From: Deltaproteobacteria bacterium
GTDB taxonomy: Bacteria; Desulfobacterota; Dissulfuribacteria; Dissulfuribacterales; QOAL01
Direction of reading: 5' to 3'
Assembly (NCBI GenBank): GCA_015493475.1
Contig: WGDC01000014.1
Location: forward strand, 17,385-81,384
Length of the DNA stretch: 64,000 nucleotides
A model generated the notes under the pieces. It had not been told where the DNA came from and did no database searches. It saw only the letters and a program-made list of their open reading frames with translations. A program made the position numbers and the translations under genes. This document shows, piece by piece, positions 42,828-51,813 of this stretch (the stretch's first letter is position 1; each line of letters begins with the position of its first letter).

Positions 42828-43160
42828 TTAAAGGACCAGATATTTTCCACACTCGTCTATGATGGCGCCATGATAGGCCTGAGTCCTCATCTGACGCGGA
42901 GTCAGCCCCTTCGGCACATCCTTTTCCACGTCGTAACCTTCACAGGTATAACTGTCTGCGCAAATGGCGAGGTCTTCCACCTCGCACATGTTGGCGAGCT
43001 TCACGAAATCTGGATGTTTGGTCAGATGTACGGACTTGAATGTAAAGAACACCATCACCTTCTTCCCAGCCCTCGTGGCAGCGGCTGCAACGCCTATGAC
43101 ATGCCTCATGTGCTGGGGAGAAGTAACAAAGATTCCAAGTTTATTAGCATCGGTAGCCAT
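42828..43160 (-). CDS. DsrE family sulfur relay protein
   Basis: KLGIFVT, AA-RAGK-V-VFFT, conserved Cys in AICADS; RBS GGAGG. Confidence 0.85.
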   Translation of the reverse strand: MATDANKLGIFVTSPQHMRHVIGVAAAATRAGKKVMVFFTFKSVHLTKHPDFVKLANMCEVEDLAICADSYTCEGYDVEKDVPKGLTPRQMRTQAYHGAIIDECGKYLVL

Positions 43161-43207
43161 TGTTGTGAAACCTCCATCTCTTCATTGCTTTCTTCAGCAA
43201 ATACCCT

Positions 43208-43465
43208 TTATTTTTTCTTCACGTAAAAACGGATAAACCCCTCATCTTCCTTTTCGCCAAGGTACTCGTGACCAGCCCTTGAGCACCAGCCGGGGATGTC
43301 ATTCCTGGACCCTGGATCAGTGCCAAGGACCTCGAGAATCTCGCCGGAGTTGATCTTCTCTATCTCTTTCTTGGTCCTCAAAAGCGGCATGGGGCAGCTA
43401 AGTCCCTTTGCATCGAGTGTGCGGGCTACTTCCAGGCCTTCGGGGGCAATCTTGATGTCGCTCAT
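43208..43465 (-). CDS. tusA: Sulfurtransferase TusA family protein
   Basis: LDAKGLSCPMP, GEILEV-TDPGS-DIP-W. Confidence 0.95.
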   Translation of the reverse strand: MSDIKIAPEGLEVARTLDAKGLSCPMPLLRTKKEIEKINSGEILEVLGTDPGSRNDIPGWCSRAGHEYLGEKEDEGFIRFYVKKK

Positions 43466-43515
43466 GTTTCCTCCTTTTTTCTATTCATATAATTTTATTC
43501 AGTCTTTCACTGAAA

Positions 43516-44865
43516 TCACATCTCCACAATCAATTTGTTTGAATCCTCGTTCCAGTCAACAATGATGTACCAAAGGGCCATAGCGATAACTACCACGGCA
43601 AGGGCACCCCCGTATCCAAGGGCGTCCGGGAGATAAAGATGTATTCCAAGCTTGCTACCTTCATGGGTCGGCCCAATGCCTTCCATGTGTATAGCCCTGA
43701 ACCATTTTGTCATGATGGCGTTTGATATCCCGAAAAATGGCACCACGAGCCAAAGCTTCAATTGCCCCTCTCCAACGCGCCACAACGTGCCCGAACCACA
43801 GCCGCCAGCAAACATAGCGCCAAGCCCAAAGAGGAAACCACCAAGAATCGACCCCCAACCGAAGGTCCCGCGTACGTAATTTACGGGATCCAGTGTACGC
43901 CTTGCCGCTATTTCCGCCTGGCCTGCCGCATCCACCACGTCTTCAAGGGTATCTGCAAGGTCCTGGTCATGAACTTCCTCCGGGTCGATTTCATCCACCA
44001 CATCGCTCAGTATGGACTGGACCGCCACGGCAGAACCCCTCTGTGGCACCGCATACTTGAGAACTGCGGCACCGATGGCCACCACGAGGATACTCAGGGC
44101 AACCGACTTTGCCAGCGTACAATCCCCCGTCATGTGCGGTTCCCTGAAGGCTTGGACCATGCACCAGCGTCCCCTCTGCATGGTGTACCCGAGACCAGCG
44201 GAGATAAGAAGAATGCCGCTAAGAGAGGATATGTAATTGTCGTTTTGACCTGAATAATGATATGCACCCCATATCACGGCTACCATTGCGGCAATACCTA
44301 TCAATATCTTTAATCCGTAAGGAAAATCGAAGTTCCTTCCACCTGTAGTGCCCCATGTGATGTGTTCCATCTCCCAGTATATGTACTTGAGACCGAGAAC
44401 CACGCCGACCACTAGGCCAAGCCACATGGTAAAACCGTTGGCAGCAAGGTTTCCTATGGCGTTGTACATGCCGCCCACGTTACAGCCCCCCGCGAAGGCG
44501 GAACCAACGCCCATGAGTATTCCCGCGATAACCGCCTTTACAAATTCCCAGGGAGGAGGAACCTTGAACGAGAAATCATTCCCGAGGCACGCGGATATGA
44601 AAGCGCCTGCAAGAAAGCCTATGCCTATGACCGATCCAGAGCTCGCCACTACACTTGCGGGCCTTGAGTGAAAAATTCCGGCTCCGTAAAGTATCCATTC
44701 TCCCCAGTTCCTGATGGCTCCGACGGCGCCCCAAGGCCGCCACCACGCCATGATAAGGATACTCAAAAGGGCAACAATAAGACCTGCCGCAGTAGCATTC
44801 CATTCGGTTTGGCAAAGGATTTTGAAAAAATTCTTGACCTTTTCCTGAAAAAGTCCGTCGCTCAT
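43516..44865 (-). CDS. YeeE/YedE family sulfur-compound transporter
   Basis: Multi-TM; three conserved Cys motifs AGGCNVG, RGRWCM, AGGCGSG. Confidence 0.92.
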   Translation of the reverse strand: MSDGLFQEKVKNFFKILCQTEWNATAAGLIVALLSILIMAWWRPWGAVGAIRNWGEWILYGAGIFHSRPASVVASSGSVIGIGFLAGAFISACLGNDFSFKVPPPWEFVKAVIAGILMGVGSAFAGGCNVGGMYNAIGNLAANGFTMWLGLVVGVVLGLKYIYWEMEHITWGTTGGRNFDFPYGLKILIGIAAMVAVIWGAYHYSGQNDNYISSLSGILLISAGLGYTMQRGRWCMVQAFREPHMTGDCTLAKSVALSILVVAIGAAVLKYAVPQRGSAVAVQSILSDVVDEIDPEEVHDQDLADTLEDVVDAAGQAEIAARRTLDPVNYVRGTFGWGSILGGFLFGLGAMFAGGCGSGTLWRVGEGQLKLWLVVPFFGISNAIMTKWFRAIHMEGIGPTHEGSKLGIHLYLPDALGYGGALAVVVIAMALWYIIVDWNEDSNKLIVEM

Positions 44866-45071
44866 AAACCGCTCCTCTCCTCCAAGTGATCAGTGCAGGC
44901 ACAGGTTAAAAGGATAAGCATTGCGTGAAGAGAACATAAAAGTTATTAATATTTTTCCAAATCGAATTCGTGTGTACCAAAATTCACGCACTGTGTCAAG
45001 GATTAGTTGAATGACCATTCAGTCGTAACTGTGCTTGAACACTTTTATCCCGATATTCAGGAGTTACAACA

Positions 45072-47732
45072 ATGAACAGAACACTTTTCCTGGTCTTAAT
45101 GCTTGCAGTGGCGCCAATCCTTTTATCGTCTATGGCCTTGGCAATGACATCATCCGGCCTTTCTGGCCTTTTCGTGAAGGTGCTGCCAAATGGCCTTACG
45201 GCAGTGGTGAAGGAAAGCCACAGGGCACCGGTGGTAGCCGTCCAGATATGGGTCAAGGCGGGAAGCGCCTACGAGACAGAAAAACAGGCAGGCATAACCC
45301 ACATGATAGAACACATGATATTCAAAGGCACGGAAAAGAGGGGGCCTGGAGAACTGGCATCAACCATAGAATCCCTCGGGGGAACCATAAACGCTTATAC
45401 CTCCTACGATTATACCGTATATCACTGCGTGGTGCCGAAAAGCCACCTTTCAACAGCCCTCGATGTGCTCGAAGATGCGGTCTTTCACTCTAAGTTCGAC
45501 CCTGACGAGCTTGAAAGGGAAAAGAAGGTGGTTCTCGAGGAGATGAAAATGCGGCTCGACGACCCACACACCAGGCTGTTTGAAGACCTCATGAAAATCT
45601 CCTATCAGGTCTACCCCTACCGGCGGCCCATAATCGGTTACGAAGAAACCGTGACATCTTTTACCAGGGATGACATTCTTTCCTACATGGCACTCCACTA
45701 CAGGCCCTGCAACATGGCTGTAATAGTAACAGGGGACGTGAATGCCACGCAGGCCCTTTCTCAGATAAACAAGTTTTTCGGCAAAGATAAAAAAGAGGCA
45801 TGCTCCGAGCCATCTTTCCCCGCAGAGCCGGCCCAAACCTCCCCTCGCATGATAAGGACGTCCATGGACTGCAACGAAGGCTACATAGCCCTGTCCTTTT
45901 CCGGGATTCCCGATTTCAACAACGAGGATGTTCCCGCCCTTGACCTGCTCTCCGCCTGCTTGTCTGACGGAGACAGCTCGATTCTCGTATCCCGGCTCAA
46001 GAACCAGCTCGGACTCGTGCATTCCATAGGGGCCTCGGCCTTCACACCTAAGGGACCTGGACTGTTTGAGATAACCGCAGACATAGACCCTGAAAACCTA
46101 AAGAAAGTCCTTGTCAACATCCTTGTAGAGCTGTCGAAACTCAGGAAGGAAGAAATATCAGACAGACAGCTAAGGCGCGCCAAAACCAAGCTCATCACCG
46201 ATTTCATATACAGCCAGGAAACCATGGAAGGAGAGGCCAGGAAAATTGGCGTCTTCCAGATACTTGCCGGGGACGCCGCCAAGGAAACAGAGTACATTAA
46301 ACGGGTCAAAAAGCTCACGGCGGCAGACATAAAAAGGGTCAGTGAAAAATATCTTGACCCCAATAAGCTAAACGTCTCCCTCGTCTTTCCTGAAGAATCC
46401 ACTGTTACCTTTGATGGGAAGGACCTTGAAAACGTAATTCAAGAGGCATCCACCGAGGCCATCAGAGAATCGGTAGGGTTTACGGACAACGGCACGGATA
46501 GGGAAAAGGTAAAACGCTTTACCATAGGCAACGGCGTTACCCTTCTGTGCCTTGAGGACCATTCCCTCCCGACTGTTGGAGTACGGATCGTCATGCCGGG
46601 CGGGTTAAGGTACGAAAACCCTGCCAACAACGGCATCTTCAACATGATAGCAAAGGCATGGACAAAGGGCACCAACCTCCACAATGCCCAGGCCCTTTCA
46701 GAGATAATCGATGACATGGGAGCAGAGGTTCACGGTTTTTCAGGCCAAAACTCCTTCGGACTCAAGGCCAAATTCACAAGCGATACGTTCAAGAGGGGCG
46801 TTGCGCTCCTGATGGAGATGCTTCTATCCCCCTCTTTTCCGGAAAAGGAGATAGAAAAGCTCAAGCCCCAGATACTCGCCTCATTAAAGAGACAGGACGA
46901 CTACATTCCCTCGGTGGCCATCAGGGAGTTCAGGAAACTCCTTTTTTCCCCACATCCGTACGGGATGAACGTACTTGGCACACCTGAAAACGTCATGAGG
47001 TTTTCGAGACAGGATGTCCTTTCAGCGTACAGAAACTTTGCTGTACCAGACAGGGCAATCATTGCCGTGGTTGGAGACTTTGATAGCCATGAAATAAAAA
47101 ACGAGCTTTCTGCCCTGCTGAAGGGATGGGTAAACCAGTCGAATTCCTTTCTTCCATCACCGCCTTCTCCATCCGTGCTCACGGCCCCAAAGGTGGTTAA
47201 CATCCACAGGGACATACAACAGGAGAATATTGTGCTTGGTTTTATGGGGACCTCTGTCTCGGACAGGGACCGTTACCCCATGGAGGTGTTGAATGCCATC
47301 CTTGCCGGCCAGGGAGGGAGACTTTTCAAGGATCTCCGGGACAAGGAGTCCCTAGCATATTCAGTCACCTCATTTCTCAACTTTGGAGTGGATTACGGAT
47401 TCATAGCCGCCTACATAGCCTGTTCGCCGGAAAAGAAAAAGAAGGCCCAGGAGGAGTTGTGGAGAGAGCTTTACAGGATACAGGAACAACCGCCTGCCGC
47501 CGCCGAGATACAGCGGGCTAAGAACTGGATTATCGGAAGGTACGAGATATCCTTGCAAACTCCCGGAGCCAAGGCCATGGACATGGCCATAAATACAATG
47601 CTCGGACTTGGATACAATTTTTCAGAAAAATATCCGGAATTTATCAGGAAGGTAACTCCAAAGGACGTATCTATGGTGGCAAGGAAATACTTCAATTCCC
47701 AGGCGTACGTTTTGCTATCGGTGGGGCCCTAA
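45072..47732 (+). CDS. M16 family zinc peptidase (two-module)
   Basis: Signal peptide, HMIEH inverted zinc motif, NAYTSYD, second degenerate module. Confidence 0.93.
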   Translation: MNRTLFLVLMLAVAPILLSSMALAMTSSGLSGLFVKVLPNGLTAVVKESHRAPVVAVQIWVKAGSAYETEKQAGITHMIEHMIFKGTEKRGPGELASTIESLGGTINAYTSYDYTVYHCVVPKSHLSTALDVLEDAVFHSKFDPDELEREKKVVLEEMKMRLDDPHTRLFEDLMKISYQVYPYRRPIIGYEETVTSFTRDDILSYMALHYRPCNMAVIVTGDVNATQALSQINKFFGKDKKEACSEPSFPAEPAQTSPRMIRTSMDCNEGYIALSFSGIPDFNNEDVPALDLLSACLSDGDSSILVSRLKNQLGLVHSIGASAFTPKGPGLFEITADIDPENLKKVLVNILVELSKLRKEEISDRQLRRAKTKLITDFIYSQETMEGEARKIGVFQILAGDAAKETEYIKRVKKLTAADIKRVSEKYLDPNKLNVSLVFPEESTVTFDGKDLENVIQEASTEAIRESVGFTDNGTDREKVKRFTIGNGVTLLCLEDHSLPTVGVRIVMPGGLRYENPANNGIFNMIAKAWTKGTNLHNAQALSEIIDDMGAEVHGFSGQNSFGLKAKFTSDTFKRGVALLMEMLLSPSFPEKEIEKLKPQILASLKRQDDYIPSVAIREFRKLLFSPHPYGMNVLGTPENVMRFSRQDVLSAYRNFAVPDRAIIAVVGDFDSHEIKNELSALLKGWVNQSNSFLPSPPSPSVLTAPKVVNIHRDIQQENIVLGFMGTSVSDRDRYPMEVLNAILAGQGGRLFKDLRDKESLAYSVTSFLNFGVDYGFIAAYIACSPEKKKKAQEELWRELYRIQEQPPAAAEIQRAKNWIIGRYEISLQTPGAKAMDMAINTMLGLGYNFSEKYPEFIRKVTPKDVSMVARKYFNSQAYVLLSVGP

Positions 47733-47735
47733 TAT

Positions 47736-48551
47736 ATGATAGGGCGCGTTAACGTCACGGTAAAGCAGGATTCTGAATGTGCCACTGAGATAGCAAACAG
47801 GGTAAAGAACTTTCTTGACGCCCGCAAGGTAGAGGTCTCGGAAGGAGATATCCGTCCCCATGACGAGGCAGTTGTCGTGGTCGGTGGAGACGGGACCCTG
47901 CTACACGTTGCCGCCAGTGCATTCAAGAGGCAGATCCCACTTCTCGGAATAAATGCCGGCGGTCTCGGCTTTCTGACCGAAGTCCACACGGACGAGATGG
48001 ATGAAGCGCTTGAGGGGCTCGTGACAGGCTCCTTTGAACTTGATAAGAGAATGGTCCTGCACGTAGAGGTACTAAACCACTGCGGTAAAACAATCGCGGA
48101 ATATACCGCCCTTAACGAAGCGGTAATAACAAAGGGAGCGCTGTCAAAAATAATCAGGATCGATACATGGGCCGACGACCGTTTTCTCACCACATACAGG
48201 GGAGACGGCCTCATCATATCCTCCGCCACCGGCTCCACGGGTTACAACCTGTCTGCCGGCGGCCCGATAATCCGTCCGGGACTCGAGATAATAGTACTGA
48301 CCCCGATATGTCCATTCGCCTTAAGCTCACGCCCCATCATCCTGTCAGGTTCATCCACGATAAGGGTGGAGGTACGGCACATGCAGGAGGAGGTCTGCAT
48401 AGACGTTGATGGACAGGTGGGAATGCACCTGCTCAAGGACTACGTAATACAGGTTTCCCGTGAAAAGGGATACCTCCTGCTTATCAAGTCACCATCCAGG
48501 GACTATTTTACCATTCTCAGGGAAAAACTTGGGTGGACAAAGAGCATATAA
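47736..48551 (+). CDS. nadK: NAD kinase
   Basis: GGDGT, GLGFL, LNE, DGLI-S-TGSTGYNLSAGGP. Confidence 0.96.
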   Translation: MIGRVNVTVKQDSECATEIANRVKNFLDARKVEVSEGDIRPHDEAVVVVGGDGTLLHVAASAFKRQIPLLGINAGGLGFLTEVHTDEMDEALEGLVTGSFELDKRMVLHVEVLNHCGKTIAEYTALNEAVITKGALSKIIRIDTWADDRFLTTYRGDGLIISSATGSTGYNLSAGGPIIRPGLEIIVLTPICPFALSSRPIILSGSSTIRVEVRHMQEEVCIDVDGQVGMHLLKDYVIQVSREKGYLLLIKSPSRDYFTILREKLGWTKSI

Positions 48552-48797
48552 CACGTTTCAGGGAAAAGGCTCGGCCATGAGGAGGTTATAGATTACCAAG
48601 ATGGGCTGAAATACGCTTTAAAAGAGCCGTATAGGTAGCCTGTACCCTTGTATAGTTATCCAGAGAAATAAACAATATTGCACTGGAGGGTATCAGAAAG
48701 AAACAAGACCAGGGAGGAATAAGGTCCTAATGTTTTGCTAAAAGGCCCTGCCCTTTTCGGCAGGACCTATCAACATACCGGGAAGGGTCCCGGATTT

Positions 48798-49136
48798 TCA
48801 TACCTTCTCTGCCTTTTCGTCAAACTTTATCTTGGTGAGCAGGCGCTCCTTTTCCTTCTCCATGGCCTCTTTTCCAGCTTCCAACGCAGATTCCAGCACG
48901 GCCCTTTTCGTCTCAACGACCTCCCTGCTCTTTTCTATAAGCCCAGTGCCCTTCTTCTTCACCTCATCGGCCACCTTAAGGGCTTCGTCCTTGGCCACGT
49001 TGGCCTGCTCCTTCAAAAGTTCCCTTGTCTCTGTACCAGATTTTGGAGCGGCGAGCAGGGCAAGGCCCGCACCTACCGCGCTTCCAAGCACAAAGGCGAG
49101 TGCCACGCTCCCTGCCGAATAACGTCCGTTACTCAT
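48798..49136 (-). CDS. YtxH domain protein
   Basis: FVLG-VGA-ALL-APKSG-ETR motif. Confidence 0.9.
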   Translation of the reverse strand: MSNGRYSAGSVALAFVLGSAVGAGLALLAAPKSGTETRELLKEQANVAKDEALKVADEVKKKGTGLIEKSREVVETKRAVLESALEAGKEAMEKEKERLLTKIKFDEKAEKV

Positions 49137-49744
49137 TTATCTTCACCTCCTTTATGGATGTTGTCTGTTACATACTCTAACGACGCCTTCATACCTACCG
49201 CAAGGCTAGCCAACTGAACCGCAAGCCCTGAAAAGCCACTTCTCACGATACCGGTGACCATCCTTACGGTCTGGCCCGTCTCTTCAACGGCCTCGAAAAG
49301 TTCATCAGCAGCCCTGACCTTCCTTTCTACATCATGGGCTATCTCGTTGACCCCGGTAACAAGTTCCCTTGTTTCTTCCAGGATGGGAGGAACACCCTCT
49401 TCAAGCCTTTGCTCAAGCTTACGCAGCGTGGACAGTGTCTCTGTCACACTGGACATTACCATGGATGCCTCCTGCTGTATCGTTTCCACGTGTACCGCGG
49501 CATCACCGATAATCTCGTTCAGGTTCTCCTCAACCTTTCTTGCGCCTTCCAAGATCGGCTCGATCTGGTGAAGGCGTTCGTCAACAAGAGCCAGGCTTCT
49601 ACGCATTTTTTTCAAGAAAGAAACCACAGAAGACACAAGCATCACAAAACAAACAGTAACAATAATCAAACAAGCCGCAACCACCACGTAAAATAGATAA
49701 ACCGGATTTCCAAGGATGTGTTCCAGACTCACCTGCGCCTCCAC
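49133..49744 (-). CDS. DUF948/YtxG-like membrane-anchored coiled-coil protein
   Basis: N-terminal TM plus long coiled coil, coupled to ytxH. Confidence 0.7.
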   Translation of the reverse strand: MEAQVSLEHILGNPVYLFYVVVAACLIIVTVCFVMLVSSVVSFLKKMRRSLALVDERLHQIEPILEGARKVEENLNEIIGDAAVHVETIQQEASMVMSSVTETLSTLRKLEQRLEEGVPPILEETRELVTGVNEIAHDVERKVRAADELFEAVEETGQTVRMVTGIVRSGFSGLAVQLASLAVGMKASLEYVTDNIHKGGEDK

Positions 49745-49962
49745 GTCGGTATTTGGGAATAAATCCCCTTTCCATAGGAAACCTTAAGTCATTGACTATC
49801 CATTTTCAACCACTCGACACCCTTTTGACAATGGAAATCATGCCGGGTTAAACGAGCCTATATATTGCAACCTCTTTCAACGTACTTATATTGCAAAAAT
49901 AAGGTTCTCTTTCTTTACCACCTTTCCATTTTCTATAAATTGACGACCATAAGGAGGAACAC

Positions 49963-50451
49963 ATGAAAAACCTGGTAGTTTATTCTTCAAAAACAGGCAA
50001 CACCAAAAAACTCGCCGAGGCAATCTATGATTATCTTCCAGAAGAAAAGGAGATATACCAGGTTAACCACGCACCAGACCCAAGTGATTACACTTTTGTC
50101 GCTGTTGGTTTCAGGATAGAAAACGGCCAGCCGGACAAGGCGGCCCAGGAATACCTGAAAAAATTCATTGATGAAAAGGAGCTGTTTCTCTTTGCCACCC
50201 ATGCCTCCGAACCAGAATCGGAAACGGTGAAAAGGGCGATGAACATGGCGAAGGAGCTATCAAAAAAGGCAAAAATAGTAGGCATATTCGATTGCCTCGG
50301 CGAGGTGCCTGAAGAGGTGCTGAGTGAGGCGCGAAGCCAGGGGCCAGTGCCCGAATGGGTAAAAGATGCAGAAAACGCCAAGGGACATCCCAACAAAGAG
50401 GACATTGAAAGACTCATCAAGCTCCTGAACAGCCTGGACTTGCCCTTGTAA
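49963..50451 (+). CDS. Flavodoxin family protein
   Basis: YSSKTGNTKKLAEAI FMN-binding loop, C-terminal HP-ED; RBS AGGAGG. Confidence 0.88.
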   Translation: MKNLVVYSSKTGNTKKLAEAIYDYLPEEKEIYQVNHAPDPSDYTFVAVGFRIENGQPDKAAQEYLKKFIDEKELFLFATHASEPESETVKRAMNMAKELSKKAKIVGIFDCLGEVPEEVLSEARSQGPVPEWVKDAENAKGHPNKEDIERLIKLLNSLDLPL

Positions 50452-50591
50452 TCTCTGTTCCAGAATACGCGGAAACGGCCGGTGCGCCCCGGTAAAGAGG
50501 CGCTGGGCTTTCTATCTTTTTACAAAATTTCCTTGTGAATACTTTTTAATCTGAATTATTACCCTTTTTATCTTGAGTCTGGTTAAAAAAG

Positions 50592-51290
50592 GTGTATATT
50601 CTTGCTCCGCTGAAATCTTCCGAAACGGAGCATACGCCTTTGATTGTTACCATAGATGGCCCAGCGGGCGCAGGGAAAAGCACTATCGGGAAAAAGGTGG
50701 CCAAGAGGCTTGGATTTCTGTACCTTGATACCGGTGCCATGTACCGGGCCTGCGCGCTTTTCATGATGGACAACAACGCGCCAATTGATGACCCAGGCCG
50801 GGTATCCGCCCTTCTTCCCAAGATAGACATCAGGTTCAGGGCAACACGCGTCCTGCTCGATGGCGTGGACGTTTCCGATAGGATAAGGAGCCCCGAAATA
50901 GACCAAGCAGCCTCCCTGATTTCACAAATTCCTCCCGTCAGGGAAAAACTCACCCTGCTCCAGAGAAAAATCGCCGCGGGAACCAACATAGTTGCAGAAG
51001 GACGAGACATGGGAACCGTGGTGTTTCCCAATGCAGACGTAAAGATATTTTTGACCGCCTCCCCTGAAGAACGTGCTTTGAGAAGAAAAAGACAGCTCGA
51101 TGAGCATGGCAATATAATTGCATTTGATATTATATTGCAACAAATTAAAAAACGTGATAAAAAAGATAGGGAACGGGAAATTGCTCCATTGAAGGCGGCG
51201 CCTGACGCAGTGGTAATAGATTCAACGGAACTTACAGCCGAAGAGGTGGTTGAAGCTATATTAAAATTAGTGAATAGACAGGAGAAAAAA
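50592..51290 (+). CDS. cmk: Cytidylate kinase (no stop codon; in frame with the downstream MarR gene)
   Basis: IDGPAGAGKST, DTGAMYR, EGRDMGTVVFP, RD-D-R-APL, IDST. Confidence 0.93.
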
Positions 51291-51779
51291 ATGAACAAGC
51301 AAACAGACACTTCGAGTTTTTCATTTAGCGTGGACAATTGCCTTGGATTTATTGCGAATCGCCTCGTAAAGGCGTTCTTGAAGCTTCTTGATTACAAGCT
51401 CGAAGATTTTAACCTGACCGGCGCCCAGTTCTGTGTTCTTACAAAGCTGTTTGAGGAAGAAGGCTTGACCCAGACGCAACTTGCTCACAGGCTCTACATT
51501 GAAAGTCCCACCCTTGTCAGGACTCTTGACAGGCTGGAAGAAGCAGGCCTAATAGAAAGACGCAGGGTGCCGTCGGACAGGAGGGCATTCCACATATTCC
51601 TCACCGAAAGGGGTCATGGACTCCAGGAAACGCTCATTCAGAAAGGCAGCGAGGTCCATGAGACCGCCGTAAAGGGACTCAACGACAAGGAGATAGAAAT
51701 GCTGAAAGACCTGCTCTTTACACTTTGGCAAAATCTTGAAAGCGGCGCCAAAAAGGCGAAAATGGAGGCGCGAGGATAG
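51291..51779 (+). CDS. MarR family transcriptional regulator
   Basis: Own RBS (AGGAG) and ATG 51291; LT-Q, TQ-LA, LDRLE-GLIER, DRRA-LT-G. Confidence 0.88.
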   Translation: MNKQTDTSSFSFSVDNCLGFIANRLVKAFLKLLDYKLEDFNLTGAQFCVLTKLFEEEGLTQTQLAHRLYIESPTLVRTLDRLEEAGLIERRRVPSDRRAFHIFLTERGHGLQETLIQKGSEVHETAVKGLNDKEIEMLKDLLFTLWQNLESGAKKAKMEARG

Positions 51780-51813
51780 AGAGGGCTGAACGCCTTGGGC
51801 TAACTTTCTTTTC

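Noticed and set aside
44922-44990. TGCGTGAA/TTCACGCA inverted pair upstream of the YTD cluster as a Rex site
   Set aside because: Spacing does not fit the Rex or CRP palindrome geometry; too weak to call
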